From assembly GCA_035254125.1 (NCBI GenBank), contig DATFAX010000051.1, positions 61,142-125,141 of the forward strand: a DNA stretch of 64,000 bases. Direction: 5' to 3'. Origin of the DNA: Holophagaceae bacterium (GTDB lineage Bacteria; Acidobacteriota; Holophagae; Holophagales; Holophagaceae). Each line of letters begins with the position of its first letter. The stretch's first letter is position 1. Shown here one piece after another: positions 19,492 through 27,616 of this stretch. Made by a program: the position numbers and the translations under genes. The notes beneath the pieces were generated by a model that worked only from the letters and a program-made list of their open reading frames with translations, was not told the DNA's origin and did no database searches.

Positions 19492-19860
19492 ATGGGGAAT
19501 CCTGAAGATCGCCGCGTCCATGCCCGTCTGAGTCTGGACGAACGTTACACCTTGCGCTTCCAGCTGGAGGGGCAGGTCTTCCGGGGCGTGACCATGACCA
19601 ACCTCTCCGTGGGGGGGCTGGGCCTGAAGATGGATCAGAAGGCCGCGGAACCCCTTCAGGCGGGCGTGGTGCTGAAGGGCATGGTGTTGGAACATCCGGC
19701 CCTGCCCCAGGTGAAGGTGGACGGGGTGGTGCGGCACGTGATGGGGCGGAATGCCGGGAATTTGGAGGGACCCCTGCTCGTGGGCGTCCAGTTCGTGGAT
19801 CCCCCGGAGATGTTCCTGCGGCAGCTCGAGGCCTACATCGAGAAGCGGGCCAGGACCTGA
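19492..19860 (+). CDS. Single-domain PilZ protein (c-di-GMP receptor)
   Basis: Met 95 of ORF 19210..19860. RRVHAR (RxxxR) and MTNLSVGGLGL (D/NxSxxG) motifs with normal spacing. Confidence 0.8.
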   Translation: MGNPEDRRVHARLSLDERYTLRFQLEGQVFRGVTMTNLSVGGLGLKMDQKAAEPLQAGVVLKGMVLEHPALPQVKVDGVVRHVMGRNAGNLEGPLLVGVQFVDPPEMFLRQLEAYIEKRART

Positions 19861-19902
19861 GACCGGTTCCATTCGCGCCGAGTTGCGACACACTCTAGGG
19901 CG

Positions 19903-20448
19903 ATGTCCATCACCACGCCCCTGGCCTTCCGCCCCTCCTTCGCCCAGCGCACCACGGCCCTCCTGCTCTTCGTGGGCAGCTGGATGGTGGGGTTGCGCAT
20001 CGGATCGGAGCTCATCGGCCACCTGCCCCGGCTGTGGGCCCACATCCACCAGGCTCAGGCGGTGGGGGAGCCCACCTTCGCCCTGTGGTTCTTTTTCTCC
20101 TCGTCGATCCTCGGGGGGCTCCTGGGCATCGGCGGGTTGCTCGTCTCGCTGGCCCTGGTGGTGCTCCTGGAGGGAACCCACGTGCTGGTGGACGAGCTCG
20201 GCATCACCGTGCAGGTGCACCTGCTGCCGCCCACCCTGGCCCGTTGGGCAGGGGCTGGCCGCCTTTCCTGGAAGCACGTCGGCGTGCTCCGGCGCAGCGG
20301 GCCCTTTTTCGTGGTGGAAGGCCTCACCGGAGCGCATCCGGAGCCCGGCCACCTGCTGGAGCCCACCTTGCGGTTCCTCCTGGTGGACGAACTGGAGGCG
20401 CTGGTGACCCTGATCGTGGAACGCAGCCCGAACGTGAAGATCGACTAG
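19903..20448 (+). CDS. Membrane protein, two TM helices plus a PH-like C-terminal domain; unknown function
   Basis: 181 aa. TM1 ALLLFVGSWMVGL, TM2 FALWFFFSSSILGGLLGIGGLLVSLALVVLL. Soluble C-terminus. The stop shares a CTAG with the convergent radical SAM gene. Confidence 0.6.
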   Translation: MSITTPLAFRPSFAQRTTALLLFVGSWMVGLRIGSELIGHLPRLWAHIHQAQAVGEPTFALWFFFSSSILGGLLGIGGLLVSLALVVLLEGTHVLVDELGITVQVHLLPPTLARWAGAGRLSWKHVGVLRRSGPFFVVEGLTGAHPEPGHLLEPTLRFLLVDELEALVTLIVERSPNVKID

Positions 20449-22115
20449 GCGGATCCGCTCCCCTTGGGGGCCCGCTCCAGGAAGGCTTCCGCCCCCTTCA
20501 TGATTCCGGTGGGCCCCTGGGCGGGGCCCGTCTTCCGATCCTTGCGCACCTTCAGCCCCCAAAGGCCCGCCAGCTCCGTGGCTTCGGGGTTGCCCGGCGC
20601 GAGGGCCAGGGCCTCTGTGAGGTCCGCCTGGGCCTCCTTCTGTCGTCCCAGGCGCTCCTTCAGGAGGGCTCGCTTCATGAAACCCCAGAAATTGCCGGGC
20701 TCCCGGCGCACGATCTCGTCGTACTCGGCCTCGGCCTCGAGGAACGAGCCGCGCTCTTCGGCGGCTTCGCCGCAGAGCATGTTGGTGACGGCGCAGAAGC
20801 CCAGCCACTTCTTCTGCTCGGCGAACTCGGCGGGGGTGTAGCGGGCCTTGGCCTTGGTGGTCTGGATGGTGCGGTCCAGATGCTTCAGGGCCTTCTCTGT
20901 GTGGGCGTCCACCCGGGCGAAGATCTCCGCATCGCCGCTCTCCCGGAAGAACTCCTTGGAGATGCGGCCCTCGGCCCGGTACTGGTCGTACATGCGGGTG
21001 CCGGGGTAGAGCGCGAGGGGCGAGATCTGGGCGTCGTGGGGCTTCGTGTCGCGGATGAGGGCGGCGGTCTGTTCCACGTCCTCCCAGGTTTCGCCGGGGA
21101 TGCCGGTGATGAGGTAGATGCCCAGGTTCATGCCCACCTTGCGCACGAGGCCCAGGGCCTGGCGCACGTGCTTCATGGAGGTGCCCTTGTCGAGCAGGGC
21201 CAGCACGCGCTCGGAGCCGTGCTCCACGCCGAATTGCATGAATTCGCAGCCGGCCCGCTTCATGGCCACGAGGCGGTCCTCATCCACGAGGTTCACGCGG
21301 CTCTGGCAGTTCCAGAGGGGATGCAGGCCCGACTTCTGGATCTCCTCCATGAGGGTGAGGATGCGGCCCCGGTTGGAGGTGAAGGTGTCGTCCCGGAAGC
21401 TGTAGTAGGTGAGGCCATGCTGCTCCCGGAGGAGCTTCATCTCCTCCAGGACACCCTGGGCGCTGCGCACGCGGATGGCGGTGCCCCAGAAATCGGGGGT
21501 GTTGCAGAAGTTGCAGGTGGCGGGACAGCCCCGGCTGGAGGAGATGTAGGCCAGCTGGCCCACGTCATCCAGGAAGTCGGTTTCGAGGTGGGCCACGGGC
21601 AGGCCGATGGTGTCCAGGTCCTCGATGACCGGCTGGGGCTCCGTGGGGCCCGAGCGGAGGATGAGGCCCGGGGTGCGCTTCCAGAGGTCGCTGCCGGGGG
21701 CAGCCTTCAGGCGCTCCACCACGCCCAGGAGGATGGGTTCGCCCTCCCCGCTGACGATGGCATCCAGCTCGGGGCAGTCCTCGAAGACCTCCCGGGCCAG
21801 GTGGGTGGGGTGGGGGCCCCCCGCCAAGGTGATGACACCCGGGCAGGCCTCCTTGGCCATCCGGAGCAGCTCATAGGAGCGCTTCCGGTTGAAGGTGAAC
21901 ATGCTCACCCCCAGCACGGACGGGGCCTGGGCCTTGAAGTAGGCCAGGATCTCCTTCCGGGATTTGCCGGAGAGGTTGGCCACCCGGCACGAATGCTGCC
22001 GAGACTTGAGCATTGCCTGCAGGAAGCCGAGACCAATGGGCAGAAAGGTCATCCACTCGTCCCCGAATCCGCTCTTCGGGGCGCTGTAAACAAGCAAGGT
22101 ATGAGGACGCTTCAT
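20445..22115 (-). CDS. B12-binding-domain radical SAM protein with C-terminal TPR repeats
   Basis: Last 556 aa of ORF 20445..23285(-); residue count puts MKRPHTLLVY at nt 22115. The N-terminal region looks like a cobalamin-binding domain to me. SSSRGCPATCNFCNTP (CxxxCxxC), then ...AEAEYDEIVRREPGNFWGFMKRALLKERLGRQKEAQADLTEALALAPGNPEA (TPR). Confidence 0.85.
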   Translation of the reverse strand: MKRPHTLLVYSAPKSGFGDEWMTFLPIGLGFLQAMLKSRQHSCRVANLSGKSRKEILAYFKAQAPSVLGVSMFTFNRKRSYELLRMAKEACPGVITLAGGPHPTHLAREVFEDCPELDAIVSGEGEPILLGVVERLKAAPGSDLWKRTPGLILRSGPTEPQPVIEDLDTIGLPVAHLETDFLDDVGQLAYISSSRGCPATCNFCNTPDFWGTAIRVRSAQGVLEEMKLLREQHGLTYYSFRDDTFTSNRGRILTLMEEIQKSGLHPLWNCQSRVNLVDEDRLVAMKRAGCEFMQFGVEHGSERVLALLDKGTSMKHVRQALGLVRKVGMNLGIYLITGIPGETWEDVEQTAALIRDTKPHDAQISPLALYPGTRMYDQYRAEGRISKEFFRESGDAEIFARVDAHTEKALKHLDRTIQTTKAKARYTPAEFAEQKKWLGFCAVTNMLCGEAAEERGSFLEAEAEYDEIVRREPGNFWGFMKRALLKERLGRQKEAQADLTEALALAPGNPEATELAGLWGLKVRKDRKTGPAQGPTGIMKGAEAFLERAPKGSGSA

Positions 22116-22184
22116 CCGGTTCCGCCCAGCCGTCCAGTATAGGAACATCGAAGCCTTACGTCCCGCTTTTTTCACGAGGTTGCA

Positions 22185-23321
22185 TTGGGAGGTCAAGTCA
22201 TCCGGAACGCGGCGGGGGTCCACGAGGCCCTGCTGGCGGCCTGCAACCGCAAAGAGCTGCTCATCCTGGCCACCCCCTACCTGCGGGTGGATTCCCACTT
22301 CATCCGGATCGAGGGCAACGAGCTGCACGTGGCCGCCACCATGACGCGGGATGACGCCATGTACGGCCTCAAGAGCAACGACCTCCACATGCGTTTCCCC
22401 CACCACACCGCCTTCCTGGAGGGGAAGACGGAGCTGAAGGGGTTCGGCCTCGCCGAGGGGCGTCGCACCCTCCGGCTGGCCCTGCCGGCGACCCTCCAGG
22501 ACGACGAGCTCCGGGGGGCCTACCGGGTGGACCGGGTGGGCAAGGTCACCTGCACCTACAGCACGCGGAAGTACGATCTGCAGACGGCCAGCCTCACGAA
22601 CATCAGCACCACGGGGGCCCGCCTCCACGCCTACCGCGACTTCACCGACGATGAGCTGCGCCTGGGCGACAGCGTGTCCGTGACCATCCCCCTGCTGGAG
22701 ACGGTGCGGATCAACAGCCCGGCCAAGGTGAAGCACATCCACGCCCGCAGCTTCGGGGTGGAGTTCGAGCCGCCCCTGGGGGGCACCCTGCTGGAGAACC
22801 TCTCCCGCTGGATCTTCCAGAAGCGGGAGGAGGACCGGGAACGCGAAGCCCGTCGGGGCGTGGAGACGGCCGCCCCCGGGGAGGCCCAGCGCTCCCTGGC
22901 GAATCAGCTCACCCCCAAGCGGGGCATCGTGGTGCTGGGCGGAGACGCCGAGCTGGAGGGGCAGCTCCGGGAGGTGCTCGAGACCCTCCAACCCGTCAGC
23001 CGGGTGTCCAGCCCGGGCAGCCAGGGCCTCAAGGAGGCCCTGGTCCTGAACCCCGCCCTGCTGATCATCGCCGTGACGAGCCTCAGCCTTGATGAGCGTC
23101 GTCGCCTCAAGACCCTGCTGGACGGCCTTTCCGCCAAGGTCCCCTTCATCCTCCTGGGCACCAGCGTGGATCCCTCGGCGCTCATGGAGCTGGGGAACGA
23201 GGTGAAGGCCGCCTGCGTGTACCAGTTCAGCGCCCAGCGGGGGGCCTTCTTCCAGCGCCTCGTGCAGGGCATCCTCCGGCGTCACGGCACCGAGGCCGGG
23301 CCTTCCCCCGAGGAGGGGTGA
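22185..23321 (+). CDS. YcgR-like PilZN + PilZ + receiver-like (pseudo-receiver) protein, paralog 1
   Basis: 378 aa, TTG start. LRGAYRVDR (RxxxR) and LTNISTTGARL (NxSxxG). The C-terminal ~120 aa has CheY-like beta/alpha periodicity (IVVLGG...LLIIAVTS...PFILLGT), but the phospho-acceptor Asp position is Ala/Val. Confidence 0.75.
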   Translation: MGGQVIRNAAGVHEALLAACNRKELLILATPYLRVDSHFIRIEGNELHVAATMTRDDAMYGLKSNDLHMRFPHHTAFLEGKTELKGFGLAEGRRTLRLALPATLQDDELRGAYRVDRVGKVTCTYSTRKYDLQTASLTNISTTGARLHAYRDFTDDELRLGDSVSVTIPLLETVRINSPAKVKHIHARSFGVEFEPPLGGTLLENLSRWIFQKREEDREREARRGVETAAPGEAQRSLANQLTPKRGIVVLGGDAELEGQLREVLETLQPVSRVSSPGSQGLKEALVLNPALLIIAVTSLSLDERRRLKTLLDGLSAKVPFILLGTSVDPSALMELGNEVKAACVYQFSAQRGAFFQRLVQGILRRHGTEAGPSPEEG

Positions 23322-24469
23322 TGGGGATCTGGCCCTTCGGAGAGGAGGCTCCCGCCGCCGCGATCCAAGGGGCCGCCCTTCAGGCCGTGATGTCGGAACT
23401 GGGAGAGCGCAAGGAATACGCCCTGGTGGCCACGCCCTACCTGAGCATGGAAAGCCGGATCCTGGACGTGGGCCCTGGAACCCTCAAGCTGCTCTGCCCC
23501 TTCCCCAAGGACACGGCCCAGCGCACCCTGGCCGGAAATCCCCTGCGGATCCGCGTGCCCTGGAAGCTCACCATGCTGGGTGGGCCGGTGAACTGGAAGG
23601 CCTACGGCCAGGAGGACCGGCGACGCTGGATCCAGGTGGAGCGGCCGGCGTGGCTGGCCCCGGACGAGCAGCGGGCCCACACCCGGTGCGATCAGCTGGG
23701 TCGGACCTTTTTCACCCTCACCACGGAGGACATGCTCCAGTTCCTGGGGACCGTCGAGAACCTGGGGCAGGGGGGCGCCCTCGTCCTGCTGAAGGAACCG
23801 GCCCCCCCCGGGGTGCTCACCCCCGGGCGCAGCGTGGAACTCAGCCTGAGACTGGACCAGGGGCCTGTGGTGAAGACCCGGGCCCAGATCCGGCACGGAG
23901 ATTACCCCCGGCTCGGCGTGGCCTTCCAATCGCCGGACCCGGAATTCCTCGGCCATCTGGAAACGTGGCTGAAGCCCCGCCTCGCGGAGGCCCTGCGCCG
24001 CTGGGAGAACCGCCGGGAACTGCGGGCCCAAGCGGAGGCCATGGCACGGGCCCGGGTCCTGGCCGCCCAGGCGGAAGGGATCCTCATCATCGGTTCCCAA
24101 CTGCTGGCCGAAGAAGTGGCGGAGGGCCTGGAAGGCGCGGGGCCCATCAAGGTGGGGCCCGCGGCCATCGCACCCCTGAAGGCCCTGGTGGCCCGCCCGC
24201 CCCAGGCGGTGATCCTCCAGGTGGCCAAGGGGGATCTGGAGGAACGCTACCGCCTCCGGGGCCTATGGCAGACCCTCGGCCTGGATTGCCCTCTGGTGGT
24301 TGTGGGCACCGGGCAAACGGGATGCGCGCAGGAAGTGGCCCTGGAGCTGCACGCGGATTCCAGTCTGCAGTGGGATCCGGGGAAGGCCCGATTCCTGGGG
24401 CGCCTCGTGCAAGGTCTCATCAAACGGGGCCGGGGGGACGATGAGGAGTCCGGAGCGGCTTCCCGGTAA
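23318..24469 (+). CDS. YcgR-like PilZN + PilZ-like + receiver-like protein, paralog 2
   Basis: 383 aa. ATGA start/stop overlap with paralog 1. Collinear with paralog 1 (ALVATPYLSMESRILDV vs LILATPYLRVDSHFIRI). QRAHTR (RxxxR) and VENLGQGGAL (NxGxxG, slightly degenerate). C-terminal receiver-like fold without an acceptor Asp. Confidence 0.7.
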   Translation: MMGIWPFGEEAPAAAIQGAALQAVMSELGERKEYALVATPYLSMESRILDVGPGTLKLLCPFPKDTAQRTLAGNPLRIRVPWKLTMLGGPVNWKAYGQEDRRRWIQVERPAWLAPDEQRAHTRCDQLGRTFFTLTTEDMLQFLGTVENLGQGGALVLLKEPAPPGVLTPGRSVELSLRLDQGPVVKTRAQIRHGDYPRLGVAFQSPDPEFLGHLETWLKPRLAEALRRWENRRELRAQAEAMARARVLAAQAEGILIIGSQLLAEEVAEGLEGAGPIKVGPAAIAPLKALVARPPQAVILQVAKGDLEERYRLRGLWQTLGLDCPLVVVGTGQTGCAQEVALELHADSSLQWDPGKARFLGRLVQGLIKRGRGDDEESGAASR

Positions 24470-24508
24470 GCTGGCCTCCCGTCCCACGCCGCCCGTCCGA
24501 AAGGCCCC

Positions 24509-24991
24509 ATGTTCAATTCCCCCCTCAAGAGCCAGCGCAAGCCCGATCCCCTGGAGCCGGCCAACACCCTCTTGGGCCCCGGGGCCTCCTTCCGGGGTGA
24601 GATCGACTGCGGCTCCACCAGCGTGCGGATCGAAGGCACCTTTGAAGGCACCATCACCAGCACGGGTCAGGTGGCCGTGGTGGGGCAGGGGCTCGTCACG
24701 GGGACCATCATCGCCCGGGAGCTGGTGGTCGCCGGCCGGGTGGAGGGTGTCTTCAAGGTCGAAGGGTGCCTGATGATCCGGGAGACCGGCTGGGTCGAGG
24801 GCGAGGTGGAGGTGGGCACCATGGTGGTGGATGAAGGGGGCACCTTCCAGGGCACTTGCCATCGCCGGGGTCAGAAGGATGCGGCCCCTTCCGCCCAGGT
24901 GATCCCCATCGTGCCCAAGGCGGCCAATGGCCCCATCGGCTCCACCGTGGACTTCAAGGGCAGCCGCGGATTCGAGGCCCGGAAGCCCTGA
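24509..24991 (+). CDS. Bactofilin (DUF583 polymer-forming cytoskeletal protein)
   Basis: 160 aa. Disordered N-terminus, then beta-helical repeats FRGEIDCGSTSVRIEGTFEGTITSTGQVAVVGQGLVTGTIIARELVVAGRVEGVFKVEGCLMIRETGWVEGEVEVGTMVVDEGGTFQG, then a Pro/Ala tail. 39 nt downstream of the PilZ paralog 2 stop. Confidence 0.85.
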   Translation: MFNSPLKSQRKPDPLEPANTLLGPGASFRGEIDCGSTSVRIEGTFEGTITSTGQVAVVGQGLVTGTIIARELVVAGRVEGVFKVEGCLMIRETGWVEGEVEVGTMVVDEGGTFQGTCHRRGQKDAAPSAQVIPIVPKAANGPIGSTVDFKGSRGFEARKP

Positions 24992-25006
24992 CCCCCTGGA
25001 AGGGGG

Positions 25007-25041
25007 AGGACCCCGGAGTGCTTGTCGCCTTCCGGGGTCCT
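25007..25041. terminator. GC-rich hairpin between convergent bactofilin and pentapeptide-repeat genes (probable bidirectional terminator)
   Basis: aggaccccgga (25007-25017) pairs with tccggggtcct (25031-25041): 11-bp stem, 13-nt loop. Lies between stops at 24991(+) and 25058(-). Confidence 0.5.
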
Positions 25042-25057
25042 TCCGAGGGGATCCTGC

Positions 25058-27400
25058 TCAGCGCTTGGCGGCGGCGAGGTTGGTGTTGTCGAGGTTGGTG
25101 TCGGTGAGCACGGCCTCGCGGAGATCCGCGCCGCCCAGGTTGGCTCCGGAGAGCTTGGCCTTGGTGAGGTTCGCCTTGGAGAGGTTCGCCCCGCTCAGGT
25201 TCGCCCACACCATGTTGGCGGAGGTGAGGTTGGCGCCATGGAGGTTGGCGCCTTCCAGGTGGGCTTCGATGAGGTTGGTCTGGCGGAGGTCCGCGCCGCT
25301 GAGGTTGCTGCCGCTCAGGTTGGCGCTGCTGAGGTTTGCGCCGTCCAGGAAGGCGTCCCGCAGGATGGTCTCCTTGAGGTTGGCGCCGCAGAGGTTGGCG
25401 CCGTCCAGGTTCGCGTCCTTGAGGTTCGTCTCCTTCAGGTTCGTCTGGCGGAGGTCCACGCTGCGGAGGTCAGCCCAGATGAGACTGGCGCCCGTGAGGT
25501 TGGCGTTCACGAGGTTGGCCTCATTGAGATTGGCCTGGTACAGGTTCGCGCCCGCGAGGTTGGCGCCGCGCAGGTTCGCCTTGCTGAGGTTGGTGCGGTA
25601 CTCGCCCCAGCTCTCGCGGGGCAGTGAGGCCAGCTTGGCGTTCTGCAGGTGCGCCCCATCGAGGTTCGCACTGTAGAGGTTGGCGCCGCTGAAATCGGAC
25701 TCGGCCAGATCGGAACCGGTGAGATCCGCGCTGGTGAGGTTGGTGCCGATGCCCGTGGCATGGCGGAAATTGGCGCCCTTGAGGTGGGCCCCTTCCAGGT
25801 TGGCGCTGTTCAGCACCGCGTGGTTGAGGTCCATGTTCTCGAGGGAGAAGCCGCTGAGGTCCACGCTGCTGAGGTTCACGCCGGAGAGCAGGGCGTGGGC
25901 CAGGCTGGCACCCCGCAGGTTGGCGCTGGTGAGGTTGGCGCCGCTCAGGTTGGCGCTGAGGATCACGCCCTCGAGGTTGGCGCTGCTGAGGTCCGCCTTC
26001 GAGAGGTTGGCGCCGTTCAGGTTGGCGCTGCGGAGGTCATCGCCCGTGAAGGTGGTGCCTTCGAGGTTGGCGCCGCTCATCTGGGTGTCACTGAGCTTGG
26101 CGCCGGTGAAGGCCGCGCCGGCGAGGTTCGCGCCGTTGAGCACGGCACCGGAGAGGTCGGAGCCGGCCAGGTTCGCGCCGCGGAGGTTCTTCTCGGTGAA
26201 GTCCACCTGCACGAGGTTGGCGTTCACGAGCACGGTCTCGGCCATGATCGTGCCGTCGAGCAGGGCGCCGGTGAGGCCGGCCCCCGTGAGGTTGGCCTTG
26301 GAGAGGTTCGCGCCGGAGAGGTTGATCTCGCGGAGGTCCGCGCCGGTGAGGTCGGAGCCGGTGAGGTCGGCGCGATGGAGCACGGCGCCGTTCAGCTTGG
26401 CGCCGCTCAGGTCGGCGGCAGAGATGTTCGCATCCGTGAGGTTCGAATCCGAGAGGTCCACGCCCTTCAGGCTCGCGCCGGAGAGGTTGGCGCCCTCGAG
26501 GATGGCCTGGGCGAGGACGGCATTGCTCAGGTCGGCGTTGCTCAGGTTCGAGCGGCTGAGATCCATGCCCCGCAGGATGTTGCCGCTCAGGTTCGTGCCG
26601 CTGAGGTTGGCGCCCGTGAGGTTGGGGATGCCGTTCTTGTCGTACTGCAGGATGTCCATGTAGCGGAGGTCCGCCGCCACGAGGTTGGCCCCGCCGAGGT
26701 TGGTGCCCTTGAGGTTCGCGCGGCCCAGGTTGGCGCCGCCGAGGTTCGCGCCCTCGAGGCTCGCCCAGTGCAGGTTCGCGGAGGAGAGGTTCGCGCCGCC
26801 CAGGTTCGCCTTGTTGAGGCTGGCGTTGCCGAGGTTCGCGCCCTGCAGGTTGGCGGAGGAGAGGGTGGCGTGATCCAGGGTGGCGCCCTGGAGGTTGGCC
26901 CCGGAAAGGTCGGCGCCCTCGAGGCTCGCGCCCTCCAGCACGGTCTTGCGGAGGTCGGCGCCGCTGAGGTTCGCGCCCCGCAGATCCTTGCCGCTCATGT
27001 CGACGCCGCTGAGGTTCACGCCGCTCAGGTTGGTTCCGGCGAGCACGGTGCCGCGGAAGTTGGGGATGGTGCCGGGCTCGTAGCGCTCGATGTCGAAGAA
27101 GCTGAGGTCGGCGCGGGAGAGGTTCGCACTTGAGAGGTTGGTGCCCGCGAGCTGGGCCCGCGAGAGGTTCGCACCCTCGAGGTCCGCTTCGTCGAGGTTG
27201 GCGAGGCGGAGGTCCGCGCCCGCGAGGTTCGCGCCCTTGAGCTGGGCGTGATTGAGGATGGTGCCCGCGAGGCTCGCCTCGGAGAGGTTCGCCCCGGAGA
27301 GGTCGAAGCCCTGGAGATCCAGCCCGCTCAGGTCGGCTTTCTGGAAGTCCTTCCCCGAACGGAGGATGAGAACAACTTCCTTGCGCGTCAGTTCACTCAT
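25058..27400 (-). CDS. Giant pentapeptide-repeat protein (780 aa, ~150 A(D/N)LxX units), cytoplasmic
   Basis: Nearly uninterrupted repeats (ANLSG ANLSK ADLSS ANLEG ...), no signal peptide or TM. Three short interruptions at about aa 100-116, 246-261 and 590-603. AGGA precedes the ATG. All plus-strand ORFs across 25022-27133 are periodic shadows. Confidence 0.9.
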   Translation of the reverse strand: MSELTRKEVVLILRSGKDFQKADLSGLDLQGFDLSGANLSEASLAGTILNHAQLKGANLAGADLRLANLDEADLEGANLSRAQLAGTNLSSANLSRADLSFFDIERYEPGTIPNFRGTVLAGTNLSGVNLSGVDMSGKDLRGANLSGADLRKTVLEGASLEGADLSGANLQGATLDHATLSSANLQGANLGNASLNKANLGGANLSSANLHWASLEGANLGGANLGRANLKGTNLGGANLVAADLRYMDILQYDKNGIPNLTGANLSGTNLSGNILRGMDLSRSNLSNADLSNAVLAQAILEGANLSGASLKGVDLSDSNLTDANISAADLSGAKLNGAVLHRADLTGSDLTGADLREINLSGANLSKANLTGAGLTGALLDGTIMAETVLVNANLVQVDFTEKNLRGANLAGSDLSGAVLNGANLAGAAFTGAKLSDTQMSGANLEGTTFTGDDLRSANLNGANLSKADLSSANLEGVILSANLSGANLTSANLRGASLAHALLSGVNLSSVDLSGFSLENMDLNHAVLNSANLEGAHLKGANFRHATGIGTNLTSADLTGSDLAESDFSGANLYSANLDGAHLQNAKLASLPRESWGEYRTNLSKANLRGANLAGANLYQANLNEANLVNANLTGASLIWADLRSVDLRQTNLKETNLKDANLDGANLCGANLKETILRDAFLDGANLSSANLSGSNLSGADLRQTNLIEAHLEGANLHGANLTSANMVWANLSGANLSKANLTKAKLSGANLGGADLREAVLTDTNLDNTNLAAAKR

Positions 27401-27616
27401 GGAGCGTCCTTTGGAACCTGTTTGGCGAAATTTTCATTGCGCCAAGTCTGCGGGTAAGCGGTTTTGATGTCCAGCACGGACAGTGCTTCCTCTCGGCTGA
27501 GGGAAGGGTTTTGTGACCTCCCTCGCGGATGCACCGCCCAGAGCCCCATTATTCCCCACGAACGGCCCCCGGGGACAGGGCGGCCTTCCCCGGAAGCCAC
27601 CCCGTACACTGGCTGC

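Noticed and set aside
25022-27133. Highly periodic DNA (15-nt period, gaggttggcgcc-like units) that superficially looks like a tandem-repeat or CRISPR-like array, plus plus-strand ORFs reading VRLAEVGA...
   Set aside because: The periodicity is the pentapeptide repeat of the minus-strand 780-aa gene. There are no unique spacers, no constant repeat length of 24-48 nt and no cas genes. The plus-strand ORFs are frame shadows.
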